NCBI RefSeq assembly: GCF_001194135.2
Contig: NC_068983.1
Span: forward strand, 136,937,248-137,001,247
Direction of reading: 5' to 3'
Source of the DNA: Octopus bimaculoides
Taxonomy: Eukaryota
DNA length: 64,000 bases
Notes under the pieces: model-generated
Database searches by the model: none
What the model saw: only the letters and a program-made list of their open reading frames with translations
Told to the model about the DNA's origin: nothing
Part shown: positions 1 through 13,094 of the stretch, one piece after another
How positions within the stretch are numbered: position 1 is the stretch's first letter
Layout: every line of letters begins with the position of its first letter
Translations under genes and position numbers: made by a program

Positions 1-474
1 CCTCATGAAGATAATATGGACGCCACGCGGGCTCGAAAGATGGACCGTTATGAAAACCTCCTCGAGAAATGTGAAGACGCAGGCTGGAAAGCGGAGCATT
101 TTCCAATCGAAGTCGGATGTAGAGGATTTGTAGGAAACATTGTGAAACGACTGATGTTATTGTTAGGCCTAACTCATCGGAAGGTAAATACCACCATTAC
201 CGATATCCAAACTACAGTGGAGAAGGCTAGCCACTGGATTTGGTTAAAAAGAGACGATGAGCGATGGCTAGAGAAATATTGAGCTTTGTTTAATAATCAG
301 TTGATCTAGCAAGCGGGGCCTCATATCAGTGAGGGGGGCCGGTGCGCATTGATGCCGTCTAGAGGTAGGCCCCAAAACGGCGCGTATTCTCTCCTGATGA
401 CCCCATACACTTGCTGGCTTCCAGTATGCGGAATTCTTGACTCGTAGCACTTGTATGTGCAAGTTGTTTGCAAG

Positions 475-479
<5 letters not shown>
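1..479 (+). mobile_element. 3' end of RLE-type non-LTR retrotransposon (HERO/NeSL-like), ending at (AT)n
   Basis: Open frame PHEDNMDATRARKMDRYENLLEKCEDAGWKAEHFPIEVGCRGF...EKASHWIWLKR* (stop 280-282) is the restriction-like endonuclease C-terminus; GC-richer 3' UTR abuts (AT)n at 480. Confidence 0.8.
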
Positions 480-515
<36 letters not shown>

Positions 516-1674
516 TGTTTGGTGATATGCAGCACTGGAGATGACCATCTGTGCAAACAAGATAAATTTAACATTAAAATTGGTAAATCTACATCTGTTG
601 CCCCTCCTGCATATTTCACCCCACCTCATCTCTCTATCACACTTTCTCCTAGCCTTCATTTTCCAACCATTCATTTATCATGTCTCTATCATTTGTGCTG
701 CCCATATTACAACAGATAGAACAGTACTTAGCCATATTTAAACCTCCTTTCCACCACCTATATCAATTTTCCTCTCTCATTTATTACAAAACCTACTCTT
801 AAGGGATTGCATCAAACTGTCTGTACCCAATGTACTCTACCATCACTCTTTCAGTACAGCCAGTGATCAGTCATCACTCACTCTCCTCTGAATCACTTGT
901 TATCATCTGTCACTTACTCTTATCATTGTTCACCTCTTGTTACCCATCATCCTCTCTTCCTCACTCCACCCCAAACACAATGTGTTTCTACTATATCTTG
1001 CTCCCTTTACCCACCCATTCTAGTTCTTGGGCATTGCTTGCTTTCACCCAAGCATCTTTATACTCACATTGCCATGAGTGAACATGCATATCTTAAGAGT
1101 TGTGAGTATGCATTACTCTTACAATAAAAGGCAATCTTCTTGTGCTAGTGTCAAGACAAAATGTACACAGTAGTGCCTGGCAAATGAGCAGAGAAAGAAT
1201 ATGGTTGAGAGGACTCTTGAATCGGGCCTTGATGAAAACATGACAACCTCTCTAGTGCCATGATAAAATGCACTTAGTACACACTGTAAAATGATTGGTG
1301 GTAGGAAAACGTCCATCCATAGAAAGCAAACGGAAACAAGATGCATGAGTGAGATTTAGTCCTCTGAGACTCAAGGAAGGCAGTAACATCTGATAATTCA
1401 CTTGGACTACAATGATCTGTCCAGCCCATGCCAACATGAAAAGCAAGTGAAAAATAATACTCATTTGTTATAGTCTAAATGGTTAAGTAATCTGCAGACA
1501 CTTGTACTCTTAAAATAATCATCAAACAGAATAAGTGTAACAAGGCTGTTCACTTTACACAGCTTCTACACTATCTATCTACCCAGTTTCACTTCACAGG
1601 GCTATGATTTCACCAAAGGTTATAACACAAGACACTTGCCCAAAGTTCTATGTAGCATTTTGCCATTCTTGCCT

Positions 1675-1719
<45 letters not shown>

Positions 1720-1976
1720 CACACACACCACAGGATATTTTCCCAGTTGTGTAGAGCACAAAAATTTGGATTATAAATAATTGTTTGTCTTCAGTCTTTA
1801 GCATTTTTGTAGAGAGCCAAAATATTTTCATAGATAACTGATAATCCTCATCTCTTTAAAAATCTTTGAATTTCCACATTACAGGTTTTCATATTATAGT
1901 CTTTTGGTCATTGATCTACTTAGAGATCTCTTCAATGATTACATCAGCTTCCAAGATGTTTATTTAATGAACTTAC

Positions 1977-2221
1977 TTGGTTCTTGTGTGCGTGTTGAGA
2001 CTATGGATAATTTCTTTGCCAACATGGAGGTAGAAGGGGTTTCTTGTAGCTTGATAAAGAAAGTACGTTGACTCAACCAGTTCTGGACGAAGAGGGTAAA
2101 ACTGAAGATCAGTTGCTTTAAACTGCCAGTTGAAACGTTCAGGAAGAACACCATATTTCTTCCATATTGTATGAAAGAAGGCATGAGTACAGATTGCCTC
2201 TTCAACATCTCCATTAAGCAC
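1977..2221 (-). CDS. EDEM1: EDEM1 coding exon 9 (gene continues beyond window start)
   Basis: TTGTAG|[81 protein letters not shown]|GTAAGT; 245 nt; RPELVES motif. The downstream CGYAT/DRMESFFLSET exons were not found in 1-1976. Confidence 0.97.
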
Positions 2222-2794
2222 CTACAATAGAGAGTGAGAAATCAAATAGTAGCTTACTGATGGTAATGAGAAAATTGGTTCATGAAAATTAATAAGAAGA
2301 GGAGATATCAGTAAGATATTGACGATATGTATGACTCTAATTTCTAAAGTTTGCTATAACCATTGTTATGAACCTAAGCAAGTAAATTAATGCTCATCAG
2401 GCTTTTAAGTTGATAACAACATGCTGTTTGTAATATCTATATCTACGTATGTGTATTTCTGTATATACATACATATATANNNNNNNNNNNNNNNNNNNNN
2501 NNNNATATATATATATATATATATATATACATATGTGTGTATTTGTCTACATCTGTTTTTCAATGCTTGTATGGATTAATTGAATGTTTAATCAAGGAAG
2601 TGTTTACATCCAGTTGTCATTCTTGATGCTAACCCTTACCTATTTTCCTAAGTAAGGGATCCCTTATTCCACTCAGCTTGAAAGGCATGAAGTGACTGGA
2701 TCATTTGTTAACTGATAATTGTGGACTGATAATAACAACACCACTCACCATAAGTGTTGTACAGGCGATTGCAGATATAGACAAACAAGAGACA

Positions 2795-2910
2795 CATGCA
2801 CTCACAAAGTCTTGGTCTGCTTGAGGCTATAGTAGAACACACTAGCCCAAGGTGCAACTCAGTGGGACTGAACCCAAAACTACTTTGTAAAGAAACAATT
2901 TCTCAGCTCT
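2795..2910 (-). mobile_element. tRNA-SINE family A fragment (related copies about 1580-1650, 6135-6275, 25460-25555, 28265-28410, 42340-42425)
   Basis: Recurring CACTCACAAGG..GAGGCTATAGTAGAAGACACTTGCCCAAGG..GGACTGAACC motif (reverse complement carries a B-box GGTTCAGTCCC). Confidence 0.7.
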
Positions 2911-2963
2911 ACAGACATGTTTACATCTGTATGTGAGTGTGTGTATATGTATGTATGTATGTA

Positions 2964-3031
<68 letters not shown>

Positions 3032-4177
3032 TACCTTATAAGGGGTATAACACAGTTATTCATATGCAGGCTACCACTAGTTTCATGTAAGAAGCAAATT
3101 TTATGAGGGCCTGCAGATGTTCTGCATATACATACATATATTTTATATCATATGTGTTTGCACATACTTTTAAATATTCATCCAACCAACCAACCATTTA
3201 TTCATACAAGAAATATCATATACCACACCACAAGGCATATATATGAATTAATCTCATATACTTAATATATATTTGGCATTGCTCAAATAATCCCAAAATT
3301 ATTTTAGTTGAAGGATAATCATTTTCTCATATACATACAAACATTCATACATACATACACATAAAATGTATATGGCATGACAGAGTATGGCATGTTCCGC
3401 CTGGTTGACACGAGCTGTTGATCATCCTGTAGATGAAGCAGATTTTTCCTTGGAAATAATACACTGGATGGTTTCTGGTTTCTTTCTCCACGTCTATGGG
3501 AGGTTCTGAGCTCAACTCTGTAAATTAATGAAACACTTATCAATTATACCATACTCCCACTACCTACAGCAGTAAATATTACTATTTCACTATATTTATT
3601 TAGAGCCAGAAGATTATGAGTTAAGTGACTTTACTAAAATGTTCTACTAATTGGACTTATTACAGGTAGTTGATTTTTTTTTTCTTTAGCTAAGGTTGTG
3701 TACATGTGTATGTACATCTTTTACAGATGTATTTTGGTTGAAAAGATGTATCAGCAAGGAAACCAATGAAATAGAACAAACCAGTGATTGACCTGTTAAA
3801 AACCTATAACTAGTAACATTATTGTTCACTTAATGCAACATAGTTTAAGTACCCCTAATGATTCAGTTAGCTGTAATTATGTATGAGAGAGAGAGATTTA
3901 AGAAATTCTCATTATGACCACCACCACCACCATCATCATGTTTCAATGGTAGCATTGGATGGATTGATCTGTAGTATAACTGAAATCAGTCATTGGAATC
4001 ATGCAACATCATTTCTTGAACAAACATCAAACACACAATAAATGTCTTTTTAAAATACTATGCTTTCTGCATTCACTAGAGTAGAATGTGATCCTAAATA
4101 TAATGCAGTCTCCAATTTGGTGGGTAAGAGGCTTAAAAATCATCATTATTTTAACGTCTACATTTTTTTTGCTTGTG

Positions 4178-4335
4178 TCATCATCATCATCATCATCATC
4201 GTTTAACGTCCGCTTTCCATGCTAGCATGGGTTGGACGATTTGACTGAGGACTGGTGAAACCGGATGGCAACACCAGGCTCCAATCTAATTTGGCAGAGT
4301 TTCTACAGCTGGATGCCCTTCCTAACGCCAACCAC
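4178..4335 (-). mobile_element. Young RTE tail module in EDEM1 intron 8
   Basis: Reverse complement of 23010-23160 with only 2 mismatches seen by eye. Confidence 0.9.
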
Positions 4336-4617
4336 AGAATTCATTAAGGCAGATTTTCTACAACCAGATACCTTCACCTGTTTCCAAGCAAGGTAGTAAT
4401 CTCCTACGTTATTAAACAATAAACAGACCTAATATAGTTATGAGCTTTTTTGCTAACAAAGATCACACATGTCAAGACGTCAAAAGACCCACATGTTTCT
4501 GTGGCTGATTGCAAGAATATGACACTGCCTGTATGTATTTAGTAGCATGGTTGTTTACTTTACAATCAGCAAATACATGTGAGATAAGGAGAAAACACAA
4601 AATCACTCATACAAACA

Positions 4618-4643
4618 TGTATGTATGTATGTATGTATGTATG

Positions 4644-4716
<73 letters not shown>
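4618..4716. repeat. (ATGT)n(AT)n microsatellite; representative of many (AT)n, (TG)n, (CAT)n and (AAT)n tracts
   Basis: Direct reading; others at about 480, 1677, 2980, 5509, 15413, 23503, 25990, 48615, 49380, 59005. Confidence 0.95.
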
Positions 4717-4719
<3 letters not shown>

Positions 4720-4871
4720 CATCATCATTTAATGTCTGTCTTCCATGCTGGCATATATACATATATACAATGACAAATCGGAATGGAGCCTGGCGTAGCC
4801 TTCCAGCCTAGTCAAACTGTCCAACCCATACCAGTATGGACAGCGGATGTTAAATGATGATGATGATGATG

Positions 4872-4907
<36 letters not shown>

Positions 4908-5506
4908 CATACATATATATAAGATCCAGGGATCGAGGTGTAGGAATAAAGTTAGCTTCAAGCAATCCATAGTAAATATAAAAAACAACCTTCAGGGATA
5001 ATAGTGGTTTATTGAGATGGAAGGTTGTGGATTTTTTTCGCATCAAAGTATGATAAAGTGAAAAAAGTTCTTTTTATATTTCATGGTAGGTGATCAGGGT
5101 TGCCGGGTGTGCAAATAAGAATATAAGAGTTAAGGAATGGTGTAGATAAGATCCAGCCTACATATATTTCATAGCAAACAGAACCTCAGAAGTGGTAAAT
5201 ATCCAAGCGAGGTGTATACCACAGGCTATTCTTCAAGCCAAGGATATCTTGATTAAATGAAAGTTTTCATTGTCACAAGGCGGTTAACACATGGAAGATT
5301 CAATCAATTCTTAAGAATTCTCGATCAGCACTTTTTGGATGATTATGGTCTTTGTTGGTGTATATGTTTTCATTCATGTGCGTTAACTACAACATTAGAA
5401 TGGTTTAGCTCTTACTTCTAGCAATGTAGGCATTTCTTAACACCCTAGTGACATCTATAATTCTCCTTTTTGGTGAAGCATTGCAAACTGCTGTTTATAT
5501 TAATTT

Positions 5507-5547
<41 letters not shown>

Positions 5548-5556
<9 letters not shown>

Positions 5557-5854
5557 TAAATATTTAATACATATACTGACTGGCTCTTGTGGTACCGTCT
5601 CACCCATGCTAGCAAGTAATACAGACGTTAAATGATGATGATGATGACTAATGTATATGCTTTGTGTATTTTCTGGTGACTGCAATGGCGTAGCGGAGTA
5701 TATAACTCTCATGTTGCCGGTGTTAAAACACCATAACTCTAAAGTGTTTTAACACCGGCAATATGAGAGTTATATACTCCACCATGCATTTGCAGCCATT
5801 GAAAATACACAAAGCATATATATTAGTATATGTATTTGATAATATTTATTACAC
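5548..5854. mobile_element. Foldback/MITE-like palindromic element, left arm interrupted by a 69-bp RTE tail (5578-5646)
   Basis: Arms 5695-5731/5744-5780 (1 mismatch in 37) and 5647-5672/5802-5827 (1 in 26); pairing continues across the insertion. Confidence 0.8.
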
Positions 5855-6416
5855 TAGAGCTGCTTTTACTTCATATATATGTTAATGTTTGCTTTTATGT
5901 TAAATTGTGATAAAAACATTTTAACGATAAACTGAAGAATTACCCAATACCTTTTTGTAGAGTACATGGTTATTAAATTATTACAAGAGAAGTGACAGTG
6001 ACTTGGAAGTTTCATCTTGCTAGCTTTTGTCAAATTCTTTCTCTTTCTCTCTCATACACACACACAAACGAGCTCTTTTAGTTTCATCATGATCATCATT
6101 ATTTAATGTCCACCTTCCATGCTGGCATGCTATCTACTAATTTCACCCTGAGGTATTGGTGAACTTGCAGCTGTAATATACAACATTAACTGATGACAAT
6201 ATTCATGCTGTGGGATACAACCCCTAACTCCATGGCTCCAAAGCAAACTTCATAACCACACAGCCATACCTGTGTCTAAAAACCAGTAACATGGTTTATC
6301 CTCACATGTTTTTTCACACGAGTATAAAACCACTACCAAATTTTGATCCTGATATTTTGTTTTAATTTCTCCCCATTATATACAAGTAAACATAGTAGCT
6401 TTATTTGCTTACCAAC

Positions 6417-6537
6417 CTGAAGAGCAGACCAAGCTGCTTGCAATGAGTCGACCCAATTGTTAACAGTGTCTCCTGTTTTCATGTTGACATTCACATACAA
6501 AGGGGGATGGCCCAATCCTTTATTACAGTGCACCCTC
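6417..6537 (-). CDS. EDEM1: EDEM1 coding exon 8
   Basis: TTGCAG|[41 protein letters not shown]|GTTGGT; 121 nt; EDEM1-type PPLYVNVNM motif. Confidence 0.96.
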
Positions 6538-7559
6538 CTGCAATAAAACACATCTTAAACATGGTAATACATTATCAAAAGCACGAAAATAACTTCAGTC
6601 AATACTTTAAATAACAAAATATTATTTAATAATTGTTTCTGATACAGACACACAATCTACAATTTTTTAGTGGGGATTATACTATCAATTACAGTGCATG
6701 ACTAGTACTTTAGTTTCCCATCCCCAGAGAGATGAAAGGCAAAGTTGGCCACAATACATAAAGAGTTGGAAGAAACACTAAAACATTTTGTCTGATGCTT
6801 TTACAACTTTGACACAAGTTGGAAGTAGTGTGTATGTGGGCGCAGGGGGGGGGGGGGGGTAATGGCCACAATAATAGAGTCATATCACTTACACACTCAG
6901 TTTTGTTAGAAATTGTATGTATACAATAGTGTATTCCTCCTTAAATGCAAGCCTACCAATGCACTAAACCATAAGCTCATTGATGTGCTGTTTCCACCAC
7001 TATTCTTGTAAATTAGTAAACTCTGTATCATCTATAATTATACCTGCCTGATACATATTCCTCTCTTCATACCACTATTTCTACAGTGTGTTCTCAGGGT
7101 TTATACTAAACACTTTGCCAAATCTATCCTTTCCAAATCTATATTTTCTATAAACATGGATCAGCAGAGGTTTCATATAAACATCAGCTACTTTAACCAC
7201 AGTCTGAGAAGAGCTGCAAAAGTTACTAATACTGCTCCTTGTCTTCATAAAAAAAAAATCCTGTATTCTTAAAAGTCACATTAATGATGCAGTTCCTATT
7301 TATTAATAATGAAAAAAATAAAAATAAAATGGACCCATTTTAGTGTCAGTTTATGTTCAACTTCATCATCAAACAGGTATTTCTTGCTATAGTCATCATC
7401 TCTTTATTGCTATCACAATGTCCTAAAATTTGATTTTCAAAGCATATTTTACTCATCACTGAGTATAGTTAAGAATGCCAATCAACTAAATGCTTATAAA
7501 CCCAATAGTCTGTGTGGGACCAAGACTCAGACTTTGTTTTACTATTATTCATTTCTAAT

Positions 7560-8180
7560 GATTTAATCAACACAGGATGAGGACAGCTGTGTAAAGAAGT
7601 GCCAATCTCTAACTGTGGAGGGAACCTGCGGTAGAGGTAAACCCATGAAGACATGGAATGAGGTGGTGAAGCATGATCTTTGAACTTTGAGCCTCACTGA
7701 GGCAATGACTAGTGACCAAGCCCTTTGGTGATGTGCTGTGCTTGAGAAGACCCGTCAAGCCAAATGCACCCATGCTGGTGGCATGTAAAGAACACCTTTC
7801 AAGCATTGGCCTTCGCAAAGGCAAAATGGCCGAGTTCCTTTCGAGTGTTGGGTCTCACGGAGGCAAAGTGGCCGAGTCCCTTTCAAATGTTGGGCCTCAC
7901 GGAGGCAATGACTGAGACCTTTGGGCATTATGCCGTGCTTGAGAAGAAGACCCATCAAGCCGAGCAAAATCGCAATCGTGGCAGATACCAGTGTCACACA
8001 AATAGGCACGTAAAAGCACTCATTACATTCTTGGAGTGGTTAGCATTAGAAAGGGCACGAAGCCATACAATAACATGCCAAATCAGAGTGGAGTCTGGTG
8101 CAGCCTTCCAGTGTGCCAGCCTGGTCAAACCGTATTGCTCATTCCAGCATGGACAATGGATGTTAAATGATGATGATAAT
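7560..8180 (+). mobile_element. RTE LINE 3' fragment with local duplications plus tail module
   Basis: RGRPMKTWNEVVKHDL*TLSLTEAMT..LW..AVLEK; the GGCCTCACGGAGGCAA segment recurs about 3 times; ends ...GTTAAATGATGATGAT. Confidence 0.8.
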
Positions 8181-8491
8181 TAAGATTAAATTGGAGACAC
8201 TAGAATAGTATTGTTGATTGATTTGGGGACAACAACTGTTGGTTCGGTGTATTTAGTCATAAATAAGGAGCATGAGGTAGAAGAATATAGTAAACTATCA
8301 CAAGAAGCCATAGACTAGAATAAACAAACAAGAGCTTCCAGTTTGTAGAGATGAGATGAACTCCTCCAAAAGGTTTCAGTAACATAGAATCAAATTCCAC
8401 TAACTTATTAAATGCTGCCCATATGTAGTTATGTTGATAGAAAAACAAGGATTTTATCAGAATTAAATTGTGAATGTTTGAAAAGACTTAC

Positions 8492-8574
8492 CCTCTTCGC
8501 ATGTGGAATTTTATTGTTTCATAGGATTCATTAAATTTTTTCAGATCTTCATTATCACCAAACATAATGAAAGA
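8492..8574 (-). CDS. EDEM1: EDEM1 coding exon 7
   Basis: TTCTAG|SFIMFGDNEDLKKFNESYETIKFHMRR(G)|GTAAGT; 83 nt, phase 0 to 2. Confidence 0.95.
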
Positions 8575-9439
8575 CTAGAATAATGAAAGTAAACGGAAAT
8601 TTAGAATTTAAATAGGTGTGCATGTCCAAACATCTGCATACGGAGATGTAGAAAAAGAAAGAGTTGAATGCATAAGGTGTATGACTAGGGTTTCCATGTA
8701 GTGTTCAACTATGACTTTGACCACAAGGTACTTCAGTAGAGGATACTGCTGAACCCTGAAGAATTGTGACTGATCTGACCTCTTGGCAGGTTCAATTACA
8801 CTTAAGATAAATGACTGAATAAGGAAGAAATGGAGAAACAAGCATTAGAATTATCACTCAGAAACATAAACTATACCTACAAAATCTTGTTATCAAAAAT
8901 TGGTGTTGTTCAAAACATAACTTTCCACATGTTCTTGTAAGCAAGGAAACTATGGATGTGACAGTATTTAATTGTGCCAAATGTGTGTGTGAAACATCAT
9001 TCACCATAATGAAAGGTTCACTGTCTATCTGTGGTTCTAAGAAACACACATCATTGGGGCCAAATGACATAACTTGCATGTTAACTAGTTTTAAGTAGGG
9101 AGAACTTGCACAGCACACTCAACACTTTCTCATTCCTAAATCATCTAGCCCCAGTAGCAACATATGAATTCAATTTACTACCTGTCTACTTCACCCATGC
9201 ACACATGTGTAAATACATATACCTCATTCTTACATACACTTACAACCAAATAACATACATCAATACAAATAGAAAAATAAATAAAAACAAGCAAACCAAT
9301 ATCACATGAAACAGAAACTAACACACACACTATCCTTAAACACTATATAGTATCTCCAGATTTTAATGCCACATCAGTCAAAAAATTCATGCCCAGAATG
9401 AAACCAGTGGAAGATGGAAAGTTCTGTATTATAATGATA

Positions 9440-10060
9440 ATAACGACTACTTCTAAACTTAAATATAGCCTTTAGACCAAATTCCTTCCTCCCAACAAAC
9501 TTTGAACAGGATCTATTTCAGTTAACCAAGAACATGAAGTACAACAAATAATAGATTTTAGAAAAACCTAAGAAACAAAATAACTTCACTCTCCAAATCA
9601 ATTTAAATACACATCAAAATGAAAAATCTATACAAAATCAATTCAACCACACACCAAATAGTGTTATTAAACTCCTTAACAATTATACACAAATGAATGT
9701 TGGTCAACACAATGATAGGCATTAATACAAAAACTGAATTTCTTAGACAACACCTTAGACTTCAATTATTCCATACATCCATACATGCACCATGAAATCC
9801 AAACAAAATAACCTAATACATAGGCATCTTCCCACCACTCCCTCACCATTATCAAAAACTTAGCTAAAAACACTTCTTGCTGACTTTCCAAATTTTCATA
9901 CAGTGAAGCAAGCTTGCTTCTATATAATGCATACACTTACAACAATCCCTTCAAACTAAACAACTTCAAAGAACAGATTAAATACATAACACCAAATAAA
10001 TAAGACCAGAAAATAAAATTATCTGGTACAACCCACTTTCTAACCTATGCAGGAAGTAGA
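9440..10060 (+). mobile_element. Highly degenerate Penelope-like RT fragment
   Basis: Broken frames with ..IIKNLAKN..L..FS..EASL.Y.. resemble the thumb region seen at 41488-41883; many stops. Confidence 0.45.
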
Positions 10061-10199
10061 TTTTCTCAAATGCCCAGGAAGTTCCCCAGAGGTAATAGAT
10101 AGTTATTGTTGCTTAGGTAACTTAATTTGCAGAGGATGGGAATGTTGTGAAAGTAAAGTTACTTGAATAAGAACTGGCTCAAGAAAGTTCAGAGAGCTT

Positions 10200-12490
10200 T
10201 TACTACTGTTGGTCACAAAACCTCTTTCTCTAAATGAAAGCTGGATTGCATGGTGCTTGTATACAAACAATGCTACATGGTAACGAGACATGGGCCCTGA
10301 ATGCAAACAACAAGTGAAAACTAGAAAGGAATGAAGCTAGTGTGCTCCACTAGATGTGCAACATCAGTGTGCAAATGGGATCTTTAGGGTTTGATGGCCA
10401 ACATTTTTTTATGTAGTGTTTTTGGTACCGAAACACTTTCAAACTTCGTATACTTGTATATTTTGTGGTATAGAACAGATAAAAATTTTTGTATCCGAAG
10501 TTATTTCATGTTAAAAATTGTCTTATTTCGACAATTTCAACTAATCACTGACGTCTATTCAGTTGAATACAGTTAGTGCTGTGACGGTGTATATGGTATT
10601 AATCCTCGTTAGTTCTGACATTTCCGATTAACTAGACTGTTCGTAAACAAAGGGGAAAAAGCCATCAAAATACTTGAATATTGCCTGCACTTGTTATTGG
10701 AGCTGGCAGAATTATTAATGCACCTCCACCAAGTGCTTCATTTCCTAGAAATAGCAGCCAAATCTTCTTCAAATCAAACTCTAGTTTAGGGTTAGGGTTA
10801 TGGTTATGAGTTATAGGGTGTTAGGGTTAGGGTTATGAGTGAAGTTATGGCAACCCTAACCCTAACTCTAGAACCCGAACTTATTATATAAACAATATAT
10901 GCGTATAAATTACGATTAAACCGGATGAAATATGTCACAGGGAATAACATTTTTATGACCGGGGAAAAAATTATTGTTTACAAAGTGCACTGACTGTATT
11001 CAGCTGAATAGACGTCAGTGATTGGTTGAAATTACAGAAATACGACAACTTTAACATGAAATAACTTGCGATGTACAATTTTTTGTTAAGAAGGCTAAGA
11101 GAAAAAGTTGTTTTGTATGACACATTCTATCAGTGTCCCAAGTTTGAAAGTGTTTCGTTAAGAAAACAAGTGTTGGCCGTCAAATCATAAAGATCCTGCA
11201 AATGTGGTAAGAGAACAATTGAGCACAAGGAGAATCGTGCAAGAGAGAAGATTATGTTGCTATGGTCATGTGATGCATATGGATGAGAACAACTGTATAT
11301 AAAAGTGCTTAAATGTGGATGGAATTTGTGCATGAATGAGACCCAGGAAGACATGGAACAAAATAGTGAAGGCTAATCTCAGGATGTTGAGCCCCAAAGG
11401 AAAGGACAGAGATGACTGGTGATTGAGATGATTTGCTGTGCTTGAGAAGATTCATCTGTCTTGATGAAAGTGATATCCTAAAGCTTTATGTTTATATCTA
11501 CACACTCACTGAGCCTTGACCCTGCACCCTGTCTGTCCTTATCAAGCCATCCCCACCTATTTGCACATATTTCATCCATGCTTTGTGCTACCAGTTACCT
11601 CCTCTCTCCCTAGTACCACATTCTTTTAAAAGTCATCCCTCATTTGCAATATCATCCCTTCTCACTTTATCCCCCGCCAATCACCTCTTTTTGTGTCTCA
11701 CTCATCTCCCTTTTGATTTACATCTTAAGACCGTCATACCTCATCTTTAACACTCTCTCATATCTGTCAATGATGGCCTCCCCCCACCTTTGTTCGCCAT
11801 TAACTATAGCCAATCTAATGTACCTGACATTCATCTCTGTCACTGTACATCTCTTTCTCTGTCTCACTCTCCCCTTTTCTACCCTGCACATCATCTCCCT
11901 ATTTTCTGATCTATCTACACATTTATTACACTGTTGTACTCCATCTTTACTGTACTGCCACTTATCTCTTCCTTCCCCTACCCCCATACTGGCATTTATT
12001 ATCAACCACACTTTATCTTGTTCCATTCACCGCTTGCTCCATCTTTAACCATCTGTCACTTTCCTCTTACACTCCAATGGACGTATCCATCAACCCTTTC
12101 TGATCCTTTGTCCATAATCTCTCTTACACTCATCTTGTATCCTGAAAGTATGCTCTGACACTTTGTCCCCACTATCATTGCTTTCTTTCCAGCTATTCTC
12201 ACCCACCTTTATAAAATGTTAGGTAGTCATGTAACTCTTCTATATCAAGGCACTGCCTCTCTATTATACTTTAGCCTCTCAATACTAGCAGCAAGTAACC
12301 TCACTAGGGCTGATATCAAGAAAAAAGCAGCCAGTACATTTTTAGAGTGATAGACATTAGGAAGGGCATCCAGTTATAGAAGACATGCAAAGCTGATACT
12401 GGAACTCAACACAGTGCTCCAGCTTGTCAGATACTGTCAAACTGTCCAACTCATGCCAGCATGAAAGATGGATGCTAAATGATGATGATA
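10200..12490 (+). mobile_element. RTE LINE 3' part (ORF end, CT-rich 3' UTR, tail module), interrupted by a DNA transposon
   Basis: HGNETWALN..LERNEASVLH*MCNISV resumes after 11204 as QERRLCCYGHVMHMDE; CT-rich 11480-12290; GGAAGGGCATCC module and (ATG)n tail at about 12360-12490. Confidence 0.75.
10378..11196. mobile_element. Non-autonomous DNA transposon with about 200-bp TIRs and 8-bp TSD (MULE- or Merlin-like)
   Basis: Ends GGATCTTTA...TAAAGATCC; TSD TGCAAATG at 10370-10377 and 11197-11204; arms 10378-10580 and 10990-11196 are reverse-complementary. Confidence 0.85.
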
Positions 12491-12947
12491 AAAAGCCATT
12501 CCAGCTGTGAGAGTAGTACTCCATTTTGGATTTTACTTGAAATTTGTAGAGTTAAGTAGCTGACTAGAACAAGGTATTTTCTGACCCTAGAGCAGAAGGC
12601 TTAGGCCATTATCATCTGCCCTACCATTAGGTACAGGCTCTTTTATTGCTCTCCCCCAACTCTGTCGCTGCAGTACCATTATCAAATATTTACCTTATAG
12701 ATCTGCACAAGTTTAAACTGGAATTTGTGAGGCATAGTTAAAAAAAAAAAAACAGGTGAGGGTTAGTGACAAGAATAACAAGCCATAGAAAATTTGTCTC
12801 AATAAATTTCATCTGACAATGCAAACATGGAGAAGTAAACATGATGATGAGGGTGATTGTGTATGTATGTATGTATAATTCAAAACATCTTAGTTTTTGA
12901 AATGATTAATTTCTATGAAGAAAAATAACATTGTAAAAATATCTAAC

Positions 12948-13039
12948 CTTGAGCAAGTATTCATAAAAGGAATCAAGACCAGCTCCAAGTCCACTCATGA
13001 TGCCAACCCATTCTCCAGTTTGTATATTAATTACATTAC
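12948..13039 (-). CDS. EDEM1: EDEM1 coding exon 6
   Basis: TTTCAG|(G)[30 protein letters not shown]|GTTAGA; 92 nt; GH47 DSFYEYLLK motif. Confidence 0.96.
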
Positions 13040-13094
13040 CTGAAACAGCAGAAATAAATATCATTATCATCACTTTTCAGTTATATTCTGCCAT

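Noticed and set aside
1-1976. Remaining EDEM1 3' exons
   Set aside because: No CGYAT or DRMESFFLSET coding sequence was found on the minus strand; they must lie left of the window.
10786-10866. Interstitial telomere marking a chromosome fusion
   Set aside because: Only a few degenerate TTAGGG units, located inside a TSD-bounded transposon.
11480-12290. Hydrophobic membrane-protein-like ORFs (also at 830-1127, 32244-32519, 50774-51639)
   Set aside because: They are translations of the CT-rich 3' UTR of an RTE subfamily that recurs in the window.
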